From the NCBI GenBank assembly GCA_964057225.1, contig OZ059895.1:15500001-15564000 (forward strand): a DNA stretch of 64,000 nucleotides, given 5' to 3'. The notes below the pieces were generated by a model. It had not been told where the DNA came from and did no database searches. It saw only the letters and a list, made by a program, of their open reading frames with translations. The position numbers and the translations under genes are program-made. The first letter of the stretch is position 1. Every line of letters begins with the position of its first letter. The stretch comes from Auanema rhodensis. Taxonomy: Eukaryota > Animalia > Nematoda. Below, piece after piece: positions 24,301 through 37,836 of the stretch.

Positions 24301-27300
24301 CATCTTCACAAACAGTATTTTTCTCATGTTAACTCCTTTTGATCATAGACATACTGTCGGCATAACTAAAGAATACGGTATTCTACACAAGTTCGTGTGC
24401 CAGATTAGGAATCTCTCCCGAGGTTACAGCACAATCTGGACGTCGTCGGCTGCTGAGCTCACATCTGGTCATGACCATTTGACCATTCGACCAGTTTGAT
24501 GGACGTCGGTATAATCCGGAAAGCAGGGGGCATTGTATTCGGAATTTTCAGAAATTTTTAATACAAGTTGTATGCTTATTTGTTAGATAATGGAAAGATG
24601 TTAAAGATAAGAGAGATCAAAGGGTATATGTAAAGCGACTTCATGAAATTAAAAAAAATTTCAGAATATTAAACTTATTTACATAAAATAATTAAAGAAT
24701 TGCATTCTTTTTTTTTTTATTAAATTAGCTAATTAAATATAAGTATCTTATCAAATATTCAAATTAAAATTGTGAGAAAACGTGCTATTTTTATAATTTC
24801 AAAGTGGCGGGTAAAATTAGCATAAGTACTGTAGCTACTATTTTTATTTTTTTATTTCCGTATTTTAGGCATCAGCAGACGGTTGTATATATCTATGCTG
24901 TATTTTCTACCTACCGTTATTAGTATTTCTTTTCAGAATTCGTATCAAGAATCATAGTTTTATCGATTAAACGGAGTATTTTTGTTTTACTATTTTCGCA
25001 CCGATAATTTTGTCAAAGCTTTCCGTGAGGTTTTTTCTAATATTGTTATTTACAACTTTGTTTTCTTAAAGTTTTACAACAAGAAAAAATGAATTTCGTA
25101 ATTCCTCCATGATACGTAGGTAAGTAATATAAAATCTTTTATCTGATTATTTTTATTTATTTGCTATAGGAAATTGAGTAGCAATTATTACTACATTTGT
25201 TTTACTTTAAACAAGCAAAACAAGACATAGTGTTTAAGCACACAGATCGGGCTCCAAGGAGGAAGCATCACCAGTTTCTACCGAGGTGACAGAGGTCGAA
25301 CAGACAGTGATGGATCATATCCTTTCGGTCGTCCCGACGTCGTCACAGAAGTTGTGTAACATTGAGACACGACCCGTCCACTCTTCTGAAGCTAAACGAA
25401 GATGAACGAGAGCCAGACGGCCGAACTAGAACATTAGGATATTCTGCTATCTATCTCTACTCATATCAGTATATTCAATGAAAGCTGTCCTCATTCAGCT
25501 TAACAACTGGAATCAATGTTCGATGAGATGGATTAGAAGGATAAGCAGAGATGTATCAGGGACAACATTACTCATATTTAATAATACAAACATACATTAT
25601 TTAAGTAATGTTTCTTAATTTTCTATAATACTTATGTTTTTAGATTATTTGAGGTTAAAGTTCATTCATTATAAATTTTTACGTTTTATCCACTTATTTC
25701 TGACTTATTCAGTAATTCCAAAACTCCCTCTATCAGGATTTGCGGAATGCTCAGCAATGATCATATGATTCGTGGAAAGTTCGTGTTGACCGCGATCCTG
25801 TGTTGATAGATGTCTTCTTTCGGCTGCTCACTATCGGCCAAGCTCCGAGATTTATGGCTATCGATGGTGCGTTTACAACCTATCTTTACTCTTTCTTTAG
25901 TTGCCATGCCATTCGCAACATTACTACCCTGCCTGTTTTATTTTCCAAGTTCTTGCCGAATTATTTATATAATGTTATTCAGGCAAACTCTTTTTGCTGT
26001 TTTAGAAACCTAAGAGCATTTTAAGTTTTCTAGTTCTTTAAGCATTTCCTGGTCTTTTAATGGATTTATTATAAAACTAAGTTTTAATATGCTCTAAGCT
26101 TCTTTTCATCTTTTCACATGTGCGCATAATTATTCGGCAGTTTTTTTATTTTGTTTTCTGAAGTTGATCAACTTTTCGTGGTTTAGTTTTGTTTGAGCGA
26201 ACGAAAATAATAGTTGACTATACGGTAAAAGCATATTACTGGATGAAGAGAACAAGAGGATCAGTTGTGAATCTGGAAAGATAACAACTGTTCGTTTGTC
26301 GCTTTCTGCCTCTATCTTTTGGTCCAAACATCTTTTCAACATATCAATATTTGGATTACGGTAGATTGTTCTGAACACTTTTCGTTTCATAGCTTAGAAC
26401 AAGAAAAAGGGATTCATTCTAACTTCTAGATTATTCTTTATCAGTTGCCTTGTGTTATTATAACCTTATTGCTTGTTTTGACTCTCATCTATGTAGGGCA
26501 CTATTCTATTTTCTCAAGATGTAGCTCAAAACTTTGAACTGTTTCTAAAAATACTTGAATGCTACACCTTGCTATGTATTTTTACTAAGTTTTTCTAAAT
26601 TAGTGATCTATTATCGGGTTATATATGGACTGTACTGATCAGTGTTCCACTAATTTTATTGCTTGCTGTTTATCTTATTCAATAGAAATAGAAAGGATAT
26701 GAAATACACTCTCTTCATAGCAATATATTTCTCGGGAATGAATGAAAGGAACAAAGAGAGGTTTCAAATCATTTTTCATCAAATTTTTCTCTCTGATTCT
26801 CATGGTTATTGATTACTTTTATCGTTTTGATAGGCGTTTTTGGTGTTTCCTACTGTTGTGATCAAGCAAGCATCTTCATCTCTCTTCAGCCAATGTAATC
26901 AATATGTGGTATCAATACAATGCAACCTAAGAAATATGTATAAACCTTTGGGTCGTGGATGCCAGCAGAAGCCATAAACCATGAGCATTACCATTCAATC
27001 TATTCTTTTTTCCACGTACTCCCCTATTTGTATAGAATTTCTCACTTTTCATATTTGTCTGCATCTCTTATCTCTCCATCTACTATATAAATATAGTTTT
27101 ATATGTTTTTGATGCCATGTGAATCGGACCTTTTTATGTTCATTACGTGTACCGTCATCAAAATGGGTTTGTTAACTCGTTCACTCACTCAATCATTTAT
27201 AATTATCCTTATTTGACCTTTTGAAGATAATCTTATTCTTGCATTTCTTAATTTATTTAATTTTTCACTAAAACATTTTCATATCGTTTTGTATGGTTGG

Positions 27301-28094
27301 TGTGCTCAAAAAACTTGCATAGGTTCGCTGTTCTTTCCTGTTCCCTGAAATCTGCGCTTGAATCTTGTAATTCTAAGGCGGGAGTTAAATCATTTATGTT
27401 TTTCCTCTTCTTCAATACCGAAACTTGAAATTTCCCGCCTGTTTCAAGTTAGGCATAGTTGAACCTTTTGCCATACATGTACAATTCAACTCTATAGACC
27501 ATCAGCTGGTATTAAATTGATAGGAATGTAAAGCAGATTTTACAGGACAAAACTTGATACACTCTTATTTTCCGTTTTTCTTTGTCTTCCACACTTCTAC
27601 TTTATCATGTGGTACTACGTATTGTTGAGGGGCAGCATTATTTTCCGAAATTTTTTTTGCTGGAGAGTTCTTTCGAACCTTTGCATGATGACGTGACTGG
27701 AAACTATCTTGACAGCATCTTTGCAATTTGCAATCTCAAAATAATGTAAAAGATATAGTAAAAGGAAAGAACAATAGTTTAAAAAACAATATGACACGTG
27801 CCTTCACACTATTGTTACTTGCGGATTGTTCTTATCCTTTTTTTCATCTGTTTAGATTGTGTCTCATTCGTGATCTCTTATCTATCTTTCTTCACATTAC
27901 ACTAATATATATTTTTATTTATATACATAATATATACCGAAATGGTGAAGGCGGGTATATCTATAGAAAGTAAGAGAGAGAGAGACAGAGACACACACAC
28001 AGGACAAGATAGCAAATCTGTGACCGAAAGAAGGGGAGATAGAGATACGAGATGGTTAAAGAGAAAGAGAGAGGGACAGAAAGAACAAATGGTC

Positions 28095-28185
28095 CTTTCT
28101 GTGGGGCGGAGTTAAGTCTGCGGTCGCTCAACGATGGGAGCCCATTCTGGTAAACCGTCGACGTATTGAGCCTCTATTGGCTTAG
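28095..28185 (+). promoter_or_regulatory. Candidate promoter of the pri-miRNA/host transcript
   Basis: GGGGCGGAGT GC box and ATTGG (reverse CCAAT) in a GC-rich patch ~0.85 kb upstream of the hairpin. Splice-like signals follow, with no coding ORF. Confidence 0.35.
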
Positions 28186-29001
28186 ATATTCTTACAAAAC
28201 TTACATCACCTTTCATGTTGTTCTGTAATGAACTATTCGTCCTCGACATAATGTTCTTATTCTTTTCTCGTCAGGTGTATATTCCCGTGCACATCACATC
28301 ACATCATCTTGCTAAAAAGACTTCTTCATGTCCTATTAGATAAGTACTTTTGTTTTGTTATACAGATTGAAGAAATAGGTTTGATTTAGATTTTTCAGAA
28401 AAAAAAGAAGCTTTCTCTTTATACTTCCAGACATGAAAAAATTTTTTTCTTTCTCAATCATTATAGCTTGTTGAGTAGTGGCTGACTGTAAAATAGACCC
28501 ATCAATAGATAAATGACTTTGTTTACTGATTCAACCAACCAATGGATTTTTATCTATTGATCATGATTGTTAAATAATGTCTTCTATTATATCTTTCAGC
28601 AATCAAGATGCAAAAAAAAATTCATTTTCAACAACTGGAAGAAGAACTATGGTAACGTTTATTCATATTTCCTACTTAGAGGGCATATCTTATTTCTTCT
28701 CTAATTAGATGCCTAACTCGGGCTATCTCCAATTTATTTGCTAATAATCACCAAAAAGACCTTTTGGTCGGTTTTCATTAAAAGCCGTTTTGATAAGATA
28801 GCAAATATATGATTGCTTACAATATGAGCCCAGTTAGTGTCTATGCAACATTGAAAGTAGCTTTTTAGCAATTTTCTACAAAAACATGTTTTCAATCATC
28901 GATTCAATGCTTAGCATAATGTTTTAATGTTTATAGTTATTAATAATTTATTATCGTTCTTTTTATTTTTTTATTATTATTAATCCCACTCCCCGTTTCT
29001 T

Positions 29002-29077
29002 TTCACTACTCAGCCTGTATCCGTGAGATTATCTCTATACTGGTATAAGCTCGCTGTTACAGGTGGAATAGTTTGAA
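29002..29077 (+). ncRNA. mir-993: microRNA precursor, mir-993/mir-231 family; predicted mature 3p TAAGCTCGCTGTTACAGGTGGA (29046-29067)
   Basis: The 3' arm begins TAAGCTCG (AAGCUCG seed of miR-231/787/993) and carries TACAGG as in miR-993. The 5' arm CAGCCTGTATCCGTGAGATTAT pairs with it (CCTGTA/TACAGG, GAG.TTAT/ATAA.CTC). It lies upstream of ceh-13, as mir-231 does in C. elegans. Confidence 0.85.
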
Positions 29078-31494
29078 GAAGATACAAATTTTCCCATTTT
29101 TTGTTTAAAATTCTTATTTTTTTCTCAGTGTAAAACGTTCGAAAAGGTATAATCTTATCATTCACCTTTCGACTACTAAGTGGAATGTAGAAAATAGATA
29201 AGCTTGGTCTACATGCTTCCGATATCCGAATTTTTTTCAATATTTTGATAAAAACCAGGTCAAATGATATCACTCACTCTTCTTTATGTGTTAAATTCAG
29301 GTAAGTTGGCTGTTCAAATTTAGATCAAGTTTGTTCCTATTTCCTTTTCATTTTTGCAAAATCGAAACATTTTTGCCCTGAGCTCAGCAGCTTCTCTTTG
29401 ATCATTTATCTTTCCAGTTTTCTTCATATTATGAACTCAAAGAATACATCAGCCGTCTTACTAAATGGATTAATCGCCAACGGAATAGCCCAGTCGGCCT
29501 GGGGAAAAAAGAAGTGTTGGGGTTAGATGAGTAGAATGTTGCGGATGCCGAGCGTATGTCTGATTTATGACTGTACATTATCGAGTAGCCGAATCTTCCT
29601 TCTTTTTCTCATTGCCATCCTCTCTGTTTAGCCTTTATCTATCACCCTGTTTCTCTTTCCAGACCTCTCATACTCTCACACGCCGACCGCTGGGCTGTGT
29701 CGTCGTAAAACTCATCTCCTCTTTCCTTTGTCAGCAAGTCGCATTGCTGGCCAACACACAACAAACCAATCATCTATCTTCGGCACAATACTTATTCTTT
29801 TCGGAGAAGTAACCTGCTGTTGATAAATTATAACTATTCAAGAGAAATTTTCGTGTGTGTATGATACATGTCCCTCTCTACATAAGACTGTATTAAGGAA
29901 ATTTGGCATCTTCTGGCATCTTGCAAACTAGAATTTGAAAAAGGTCTAAACGTGTCAGAAAGACATACGGAGGCTTGTTATATTCTTCTGATGACAATTG
30001 AATCTTATTTGACCTAAAGAGTTAGAATGCCATTACTTTTCAATATCATTTGTGATTCAAATACTACCATATGAGTCAGTTTGCAACCCATTTTGGACTC
30101 TTTTGTTTCACAATTTCTATTCTGTTGTCGTTGGAAAAAAGTAATGGAAACAAAGAAGAACTTAAAAAGTTTTTGGTTAAAAGAAAGACAAAAATGAATA
30201 GAAAGAAGAAGTAAGATGGTCAGCACATGTGAAAATGAAATGGGAAGACGGTAAATAGCCTGACAGATTTATGCTGGAACTGTAAATTCGTTAATCTCAT
30301 AGAATTGTCATAATATTGTGAAGTTTATCGACAATCTAATGCCGAATAGTATTCATGTTTATTAGTATTATAAACAAGGTATAGAAGATACAAAACACTA
30401 TGATATATGTATTAAATGAAAACAGATTCATCGTCAAAACATCCAATATGGAGGGAATATATACTTACATATCGATGATAAGCACTAACATTCAATGTTC
30501 AATATAAGAGTGACATAAGATATACATGTTAAAATATTTAAAATATTGTTAAAACACTTGATTTATAAATAAAATTCAAATTATTCTCACGTACTTTTCA
30601 CGTAGAAATTTGAAAAGAGATGAAAAATCATTTTATGCTAAAGAGTTGTGAACCGGTTGTTTGAATTGTGATGATCCAATTCAATGTTTCAATAATAAAT
30701 TTCAACGTCGTTTCAATATTTTACCTATGATTTCCAGCTTTTCATTTATTTTTATTAATAAAATAAATTAACAAACTATATTTCAAGCATTATATTTGCA
30801 AGATATGCAAATAATTAATTTATATATCTAACCTCTTATTAATTATTTTTAACTGCCTGCAACACAAGTTATAAAGTATTGAGTTTTAATCATGGAACAG
30901 CTAACTATTAATTTTATCGTTTTTTTTTCAAACTGCAACTAAGAGAATCCTACATTGATTTCGCGAAATGAAAAGTTTGGTGAGAAATTTCAAACATGAT
31001 GTTGATCCGTGAATAGAGAAAGACCTAACATCTTAACCTTTTTGCTTCGCAGTAAATGAGGATTTCCGAACATTCGAGATTGGGGAAAAAGTTTTTTTTA
31101 CCAGATACTGTAACGAAACTGCAGTCATGTTATCTCTTTGTGATGTCAGGCATAGTGTTCGTTTATATATAGCTATCTTCTCACGTTATGTAATTTTGGG
31201 GGAAAAAAGTAGAAGTGTTAATGATGATTCTCGAGATACAAGTCTTTCAAGCGTAAACTATATCTCATTTGGTTCATTACTTCTGCATACAACTCGTGAA
31301 TCAAGCTTCATCATTTCTATTGTATGATGATAATAAGAATAGTTCAATAAAAATATGAATAGTAAACTCACAACATTATGTCAAGAGTATGAAATTGTTA
31401 TTGTATAATATCCTTAAACGTTCAATTTTTAAAAAAAAGTTTTATTTAAGGATTACGGTATGCAAATGTACGTATAACGTTGAAATTAGGGGAT

Positions 31495-32827
31495 ATGCTA
31501 GATTATTTAAAATGTACTGCTGATTATATAATTAACACAAGTGAGTTTTATTCAAGAAGCTATCAAATATTATTTTATTTATTATCTATATATTTTACAG
31601 TTAATGTTGCAAATAAAATGACTACATATGGCCCTCTTGCTCAAATTGCTGTTGTGGCGACAACAATTTTTGTTGTTGGTTCTGCTAGCATGAAGAAACA
31701 GCCTGCCCTTATAAATGGTATTCTGTTAAGAAACTTGAGAACTAATTAATTATTTGATGGTTTAGGTTTTCTTGCTTTTATAGTTGGAATAGCAATGATA
31801 GCCTATTCTTTTGCTATGAATAAAGGCATTTTTGAATTGCCGGAGCTTTTGATGAATATTGTATTTGAACCTAATTTGACTAGGTATGTTGTATCAATCT
31901 TATAATAGATTCATCTTCTGAATCTTTATACTTATATGAGCCGCTTTTCAGAAAATGTTTGCTAACATTCTTTTTTGTTAATGTATTAGCCTCAGTCATA
32001 TTTGCAACAATTGTAACCATGAGAGGAAAAAGCTCAACGATCCATAGGTTGTTAATGTTCCTCTAGTTTTTAAATTCATAAATCCTTTTAGGAAGTTTTT
32101 CCATCTCACTGTTTCACTAATTTATTTGTCCGGCTTATTCCTTGATAGAGATTTCGTTTGGCTTGCTGGATGGCTATCTCTTTGTATATTCGTTATAGTC
32201 GAGGTATATATAGTATTTGTTCTTTGCATTTTAAAATAGTTATTTTCAGGTTCTAAGATATTATAATGTGCCACCTTGGGGAGATACATTAAATGATTCT
32301 TTGCTTGTGTTTAAAGATGCTCAAGACTCAAATCTTCTTTTAACCCCTATTTTTCTTTTAATTGGGGTTTTCCTACCTTTATTCTTGTCACCCAATGATC
32401 CTGAACCGAGGATGTATCACTTAGCAGGTTTGTCATTTCAATTATAATAGTATCTTTTCAACGATATTAATTAGTTATGAATTAATAATCACTTTATTCT
32501 TCAGGCGTTGCTGCCGTAGGTGTAGGAGATAGTTTTGCAGCTATTATAGGAAGTTGCTTCGGCCGTGTTAAATGGCCAGGGTGAGACTTAAACGACTTTC
32601 TTTTAAAACTAAATTTTTTTTTCAGAAGGCAGAAGACAATTGAAGGGACAATAGCTATGGCAATCGGTATCGTTATATTCTTAACAGCTTCGACGCGTTT
32701 TCTTGAAAATCTAGTGCCCTCAATTCCTTATATATTCTTTGTATCCATAATTTTAGCTCTTTTGGAAGCGTTTGTTGTGAACGTTGACAATATTTTATTG
32801 CCTTTTATAGGATATATCCTCTTATAA
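31495..32827 (+). CDS. Dolichol kinase (CTP-transferase family membrane protein); start uncertain
   Basis: Spliced exons give STIHRKFFHL, VFKDAQDSNLLLTPIFLLIG and [35 protein letters not shown]...VDNILLP. These are the RKxFH, GVGD/KTxEG and DN motifs of DOLK/Sec59. Stop at 32825-32827; the frame is open back to an acceptor at 31450. Confidence 0.9.
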
Positions 32828-35800
32828 GTCACCTTCTTCTGGTCATAATTGTGTTAGAAAATTTTTCTAATAGCCTATAAGGGTTCTAATTAGTTTTTGG
32901 ATTACCTGCTTTTTCTTATCTATTCAAATATTTTATTCGTTTTTAGTCATAGTCTAAGTCAATGTGATAGCTTCTTCTGTGATGCAGCCGGGATTTGCCG
33001 ATTGTTTTGTGCCTTGTACCTATTAATGAATTATGGATTATTCCCTAGCGCTTTATTCGGAATTATGTCCGAAATAAATTAATTTTTTTTTCTTTCATCT
33101 TAATACGCGGATAAGTTGTCGCAATGCTCTTATATATGGCTTATCATTTCACAGTATTATATATATCCAAAGACCATAACTTCATTCCCTAATCAGCATT
33201 GTGATCCTTTTTGGATTCATAAGTCCCTACATTAGTCATAGTTAGAAGTTCAGTGATGAAAAATGCAGTTCTGAGAGCATTACTCCCCCCTGGGATTGGA
33301 GACTAGCCTTCTAGGCGGCTCATATAGCGCTAAAACTGAAAGGCCAGTGATTTTGTTGGTTTCTACACGCTTATCTTGATGTTTCATCCTCCCTTTTTAG
33401 TGTACTATCGACTGACAATTCCTGAATTGCAGTTGTGAATCTATTTTCTTGAAGCTCTAACATGAGCAATTTTCATGTTTCATGTAAGTTTAAGTCTTCA
33501 AATTACCAAATGAATACATTTAATGGCTATGTTCTCTAGAGCAGACCCAATTTTTTTCCGTAAGGTACGCCAAACCGAAGAGTTGCGTTGTAAATTTCTT
33601 CAAGTTGGAACTAATAAGACTTGGATGAGCAGGCTAGGGTCTCAATTTCGCGAATTCACTTTGACCAGTGTAAGAATATGTGGTGTGTCCGAACTTGCTT
33701 CACTGGACTTCACGCTTGCAAATAGAGCCTATCCAATTACTTCTTTCATCCCAGCCGCCTATTGCTCTTCTTTATGTCAGTTACCATCAGAATATTAGCT
33801 TTAAACCTGGAAAAGTTGTTGTTCTTTCCCACTATATCCTATATTTGTTTAATTTTTCAATTTAATATTTAATTAATTGCATCTTTTTGTCATTAGCCGC
33901 CAGATTATGCTGATTGCATGACACATACTTGAGATTGGGCGAGAGAGCTTGGCCTTCATCTACTTACTAGCTTCTTCTGCACATCTGCGTCAGCCATCTC
34001 TTTAGCTTTCAGTACGACAGCCAAGAAACACTAATTCCCTAATCTCCGTTTTGAGCCATATGCCATATTCGTCTTTGGATCCGGTTGGCTACCCATCTTC
34101 AAATTGAGAGAGATAGAGAAACAGAAAAAGATAAAAAGGCATAGGCTTTGAGAGAATGAGAGTATGAGAGAGAACATGGTGAGAAGGTGGATTGTAAGCA
34201 AATGAGGCTGTTCCAAAAGGACTGCCTTTGGTCTAATTTGTTAGCATTACTACCTCTCATTTGGTTTGTTGGCTACTGGAGAGTAAACTTTGGTACTTGA
34301 CAAACGATCATGTTGTTGAAGACATTGTATCGGCTGTAGCAAGGACATGTCATCTAGAGTAGATAGATAGCTTTGGATTTGAAGTAACTTGTACAAGAGC
34401 AATAATAACAAACAACATGGCACGCAGGTAGTTAGTAGCCAGTGGCATTGCTTTCTAAGCTCTTGGGAGTAAATATTGAAGCTAATAAAACGCCTATGAT
34501 TAGCAGGGTGTCAAAACGGTTCGAGTTAAACTACATATATGCGAGGTAGTTAGTTGACAGCACGTTCGTGTGAAACGAAAGATGAGCTAGTGAAGAGATC
34601 GAAGAAAAGCCGGATGGCGACAATGAGAACATTGAGCCGAGACTAGCTGACTGTTTTCAGGGAAAGACGACGAAGAGAAGAGAACGAAAACGAGAGGAGG
34701 GAAAGCGAGGGGAGCTCTTCTTCTTTCATTTTTGCGCGCACGATCGATCTCTCAGGGCCCGGAGGCTGGCTCTCCGGCTCTTTCTCTCTTCCTCTCTGTC
34801 TTCCTTTCTCTTTTCTTTCTTTCTCTATTTCCTTCTTTACGTAGCTAGAAAAAGAGGAAGACGAGCCAGAAGAGAAAGAAGAAAATGTGACTTGGGAGGG
34901 GCAAGGCACGAATCAAAGGCGTTCTCTCTCTCTTCATTCTCCCATACATCTCTCGTTTTCTCGCTTCCCCTATTTGCTTCTGGCTCTCTGTCTCTATCAA
35001 TTCTTAGTTTTAGGCAGAACGAGCTGTTCATCCATTTCACAACAAGCTGGATTCGGGACAGCCTTTCTCATGCTTGCCTTTTATGACATGCCTTGTCCAT
35101 TCTCCAGAAGAGAAGGACCACTGAACATATGGAGTGAACAGAGAGGCAGAGATTGAGTAGAGAATAGAACGAGAGCTGCACACACATACACTCACACACA
35201 TGCCTGCCCTAGAGCTTGAGGTCTTTACCCTCTCCCCTCTATACCCACCCTCTCTCTCCCCTCCGGCTACCCACTTCTTCTCTTTCTTTTTCTCTTTCTC
35301 TTTCTCTCTCTGTCTTTCTTTCTTCCTTCCTCTTTTCCCGCTATGACCCCAGCAGTGGCATAGCCATTTGAAGCTTCCAGCCAAGCGCCCCAGACCCAAA
35401 GCAAACCAGCCTCTTTCTTTCCCTCTGCAGTATCAAAATAAAGAGGGAGAAAAGGGGAGAGTAGCCTCTTTCTTCTCTTCCAGCCTACACAGCAGAGGTC
35501 GAGCACAGCTCAGCCTGGCGCAAGCCGCTGATGCTAACGTTGCCAGCTAGAACAACAACCTCGAGTAAATCCACGCATAATTCTCGCAGTTTTATCATTT
35601 TTTTGAATAAACGATTCTATAACCCACTACGAATGTATGCTTTGATTCTCTACTCAATAATCAACTATTCGCTGCTATCCATCACATAGATATTCATTTC
35701 TAAATATTCAAAAGATTTCTAATCTGCTCACTACATCGATACTCGTACTTTCAACTACACTATAACATATAATTGTATCTGAAAAAAACTTCTAATGTCT

Positions 35801-37571
35801 ATTCGAGCGTTTGTTTTGGATTTTTTATTTATTTTTGATATGTCAAACGATCTGCTCCTATGTTTCTTATCTGCTTCTCATTGAACGAGTTAAAACTCAA
35901 GCCTTATTTAATGAACTGGAGCAGGGTGCTCCCAGTTCTATTTTTTCTTCAACTTGAGCTCTCCCCCCCCTCTCGCTTTTCTTCGTCCTCTTTATAGTTT
36001 TCTCTGCCTGTGCCAGCTTAGCCAGCAGAAACATTACGCTATTTTTTCTCCAATGTTTTTGAGGACGAAAACGCATACATATATGCACACCCACTTGCAG
36101 AAACATAGCCCCAAATATGTCCCCTCATCTCATGTTACGGAAGTATGATTGAGAAACCTTTATAAGCTTAATTATAAAAGGATAATCCAGTCAATATCTT
36201 TTTTTATTAAAACCTTAGTTTGCTACAAGACGAGTTAGAAAGAGCATTACCGCTTATGAATGAAAGAGGAAAGGATGGAAGAATAGAAAGAAGGAGACAG
36301 ATACATACAGAGAAACGGACGCTATATATAAGAAAAACTTAGTTTCATCGTTTTCTTCTTCTCTCCTTCTTCTATTTTTGCTATGTACCCCCGATGGGCC
36401 GGGTGGGGCTTTGTTTATAAATTGCCTACATCATGGCTGACAGTTCGATCTCAATGCCCTGCCATCCTAGCCAGTCAGCCTCTTCGATTTGTCTTTACAC
36501 TTTTTCGTTGGCATAGTCTTGGTTTCCGTTGTTTTCATGTGTGTCATCACCATGGCCATCCTTATTGTTGTTTATTTTCGATATCTCACCAAATCTGCTG
36601 TTCAAGCTGGAACCTAAATGCCCAACTTAAGCACGTGTTCTCCTTTGTTACGTCATCCGTTAGAGTTTCTATAAATATACTTTCACATGGTTCTGTTGTT
36701 CTTTTCGATGTTTCCATTCCCTTATTGAATTCTCTTCAAATATATATTTCTGTTTTTTCCTGTATTTTATCTCCTCGTATCTCTAGTCTGATGTCCTGTT
36801 TTACATTGATTATTTGAAGCTATTTTATTTCTTTTTTTCCAAAGTCGAACAACATTTGAGTGCATTCAGCATCGTCCTAACTATCACCTACTTATTCAAT
36901 ATATATTATATTTGGCAAAACAAACTTCAAAAGTGTTATTTAGTTTGATATTTTTCAAACTAAGCAAATTGCGGGAAGCTTCTCTTAGCTACTGGCTCTG
37001 CTGCGACTGCTGCTGCTGCTGTTAATGCTGCCGCTGCCGCCGACGACGACTTATTCATCTGAAGCTATTATATTCTCATAGAATTTTGTCTTTAATCAAT
37101 GCCACTCACATAATTTCTGACTACTCAAGTGAGTTCGAGTGGACCTTTTTTTCTGGAACAATTTTCTGCATAGCATTTTTTTCTCATTTCATATGTAAAT
37201 ATTTAAAGTTTTTAATTCGTCTTCCGTCATCTTTCATTGTATTTCATTCTGACAGCATAATAGTTACCGATGTAATTCTCTAATTTAGCTGTTCATGTCA
37301 ACCCAAAATCTCTTGAGACTTTAAGATTACTAAGAAAATCTCTAGCTGGCTTCCAAAAGATATAGATTGCATGCTCATAGCAGCATTGATCATTTTAGTT
37401 TTTTTTCCCGAGAAATGCGAATTTTCTAGTTAATTATTATGTATAATGATTTTCGAATTTTTTTCCTAATAAATGCAGTTTACATGACAATTTAAGTAAT
37501 GAAATTGTGTTCTGTATTATAGCCCATTTCCTCTATTATTTTTTTAATAAGTTGTCTATATCTTTCATTCC

Positions 37572-37631
37572 CTCTCTCTCTCTTTCTCTCTCTCTGTACC
37601 CCTCTTTTGCTCTTTCTCTGTTCCCCTCTCC

Positions 37632-37715
<84 letters not shown>

Positions 37716-37716
37716 G

Positions 37717-37784
<68 letters not shown>

Positions 37785-37787
37785 TCG

Positions 37788-37832
<45 letters not shown>
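37572..37832. repeat. Long compound (CT)n/(AG)n microsatellite
   Basis: About 260 bp of near-pure CT dinucleotide with a few CTGT/CCCT interruptions. It is the source of the poly-ER and poly-LS ORFs. Confidence 0.97.

Positions 37833-37836
<4 letters not shown>

Noticed and set aside
27439-27446. CTGTTTCA piRNA Ruby core motif
   Set aside because: Isolated hit (other hits are inside genes), with no cluster-like density.
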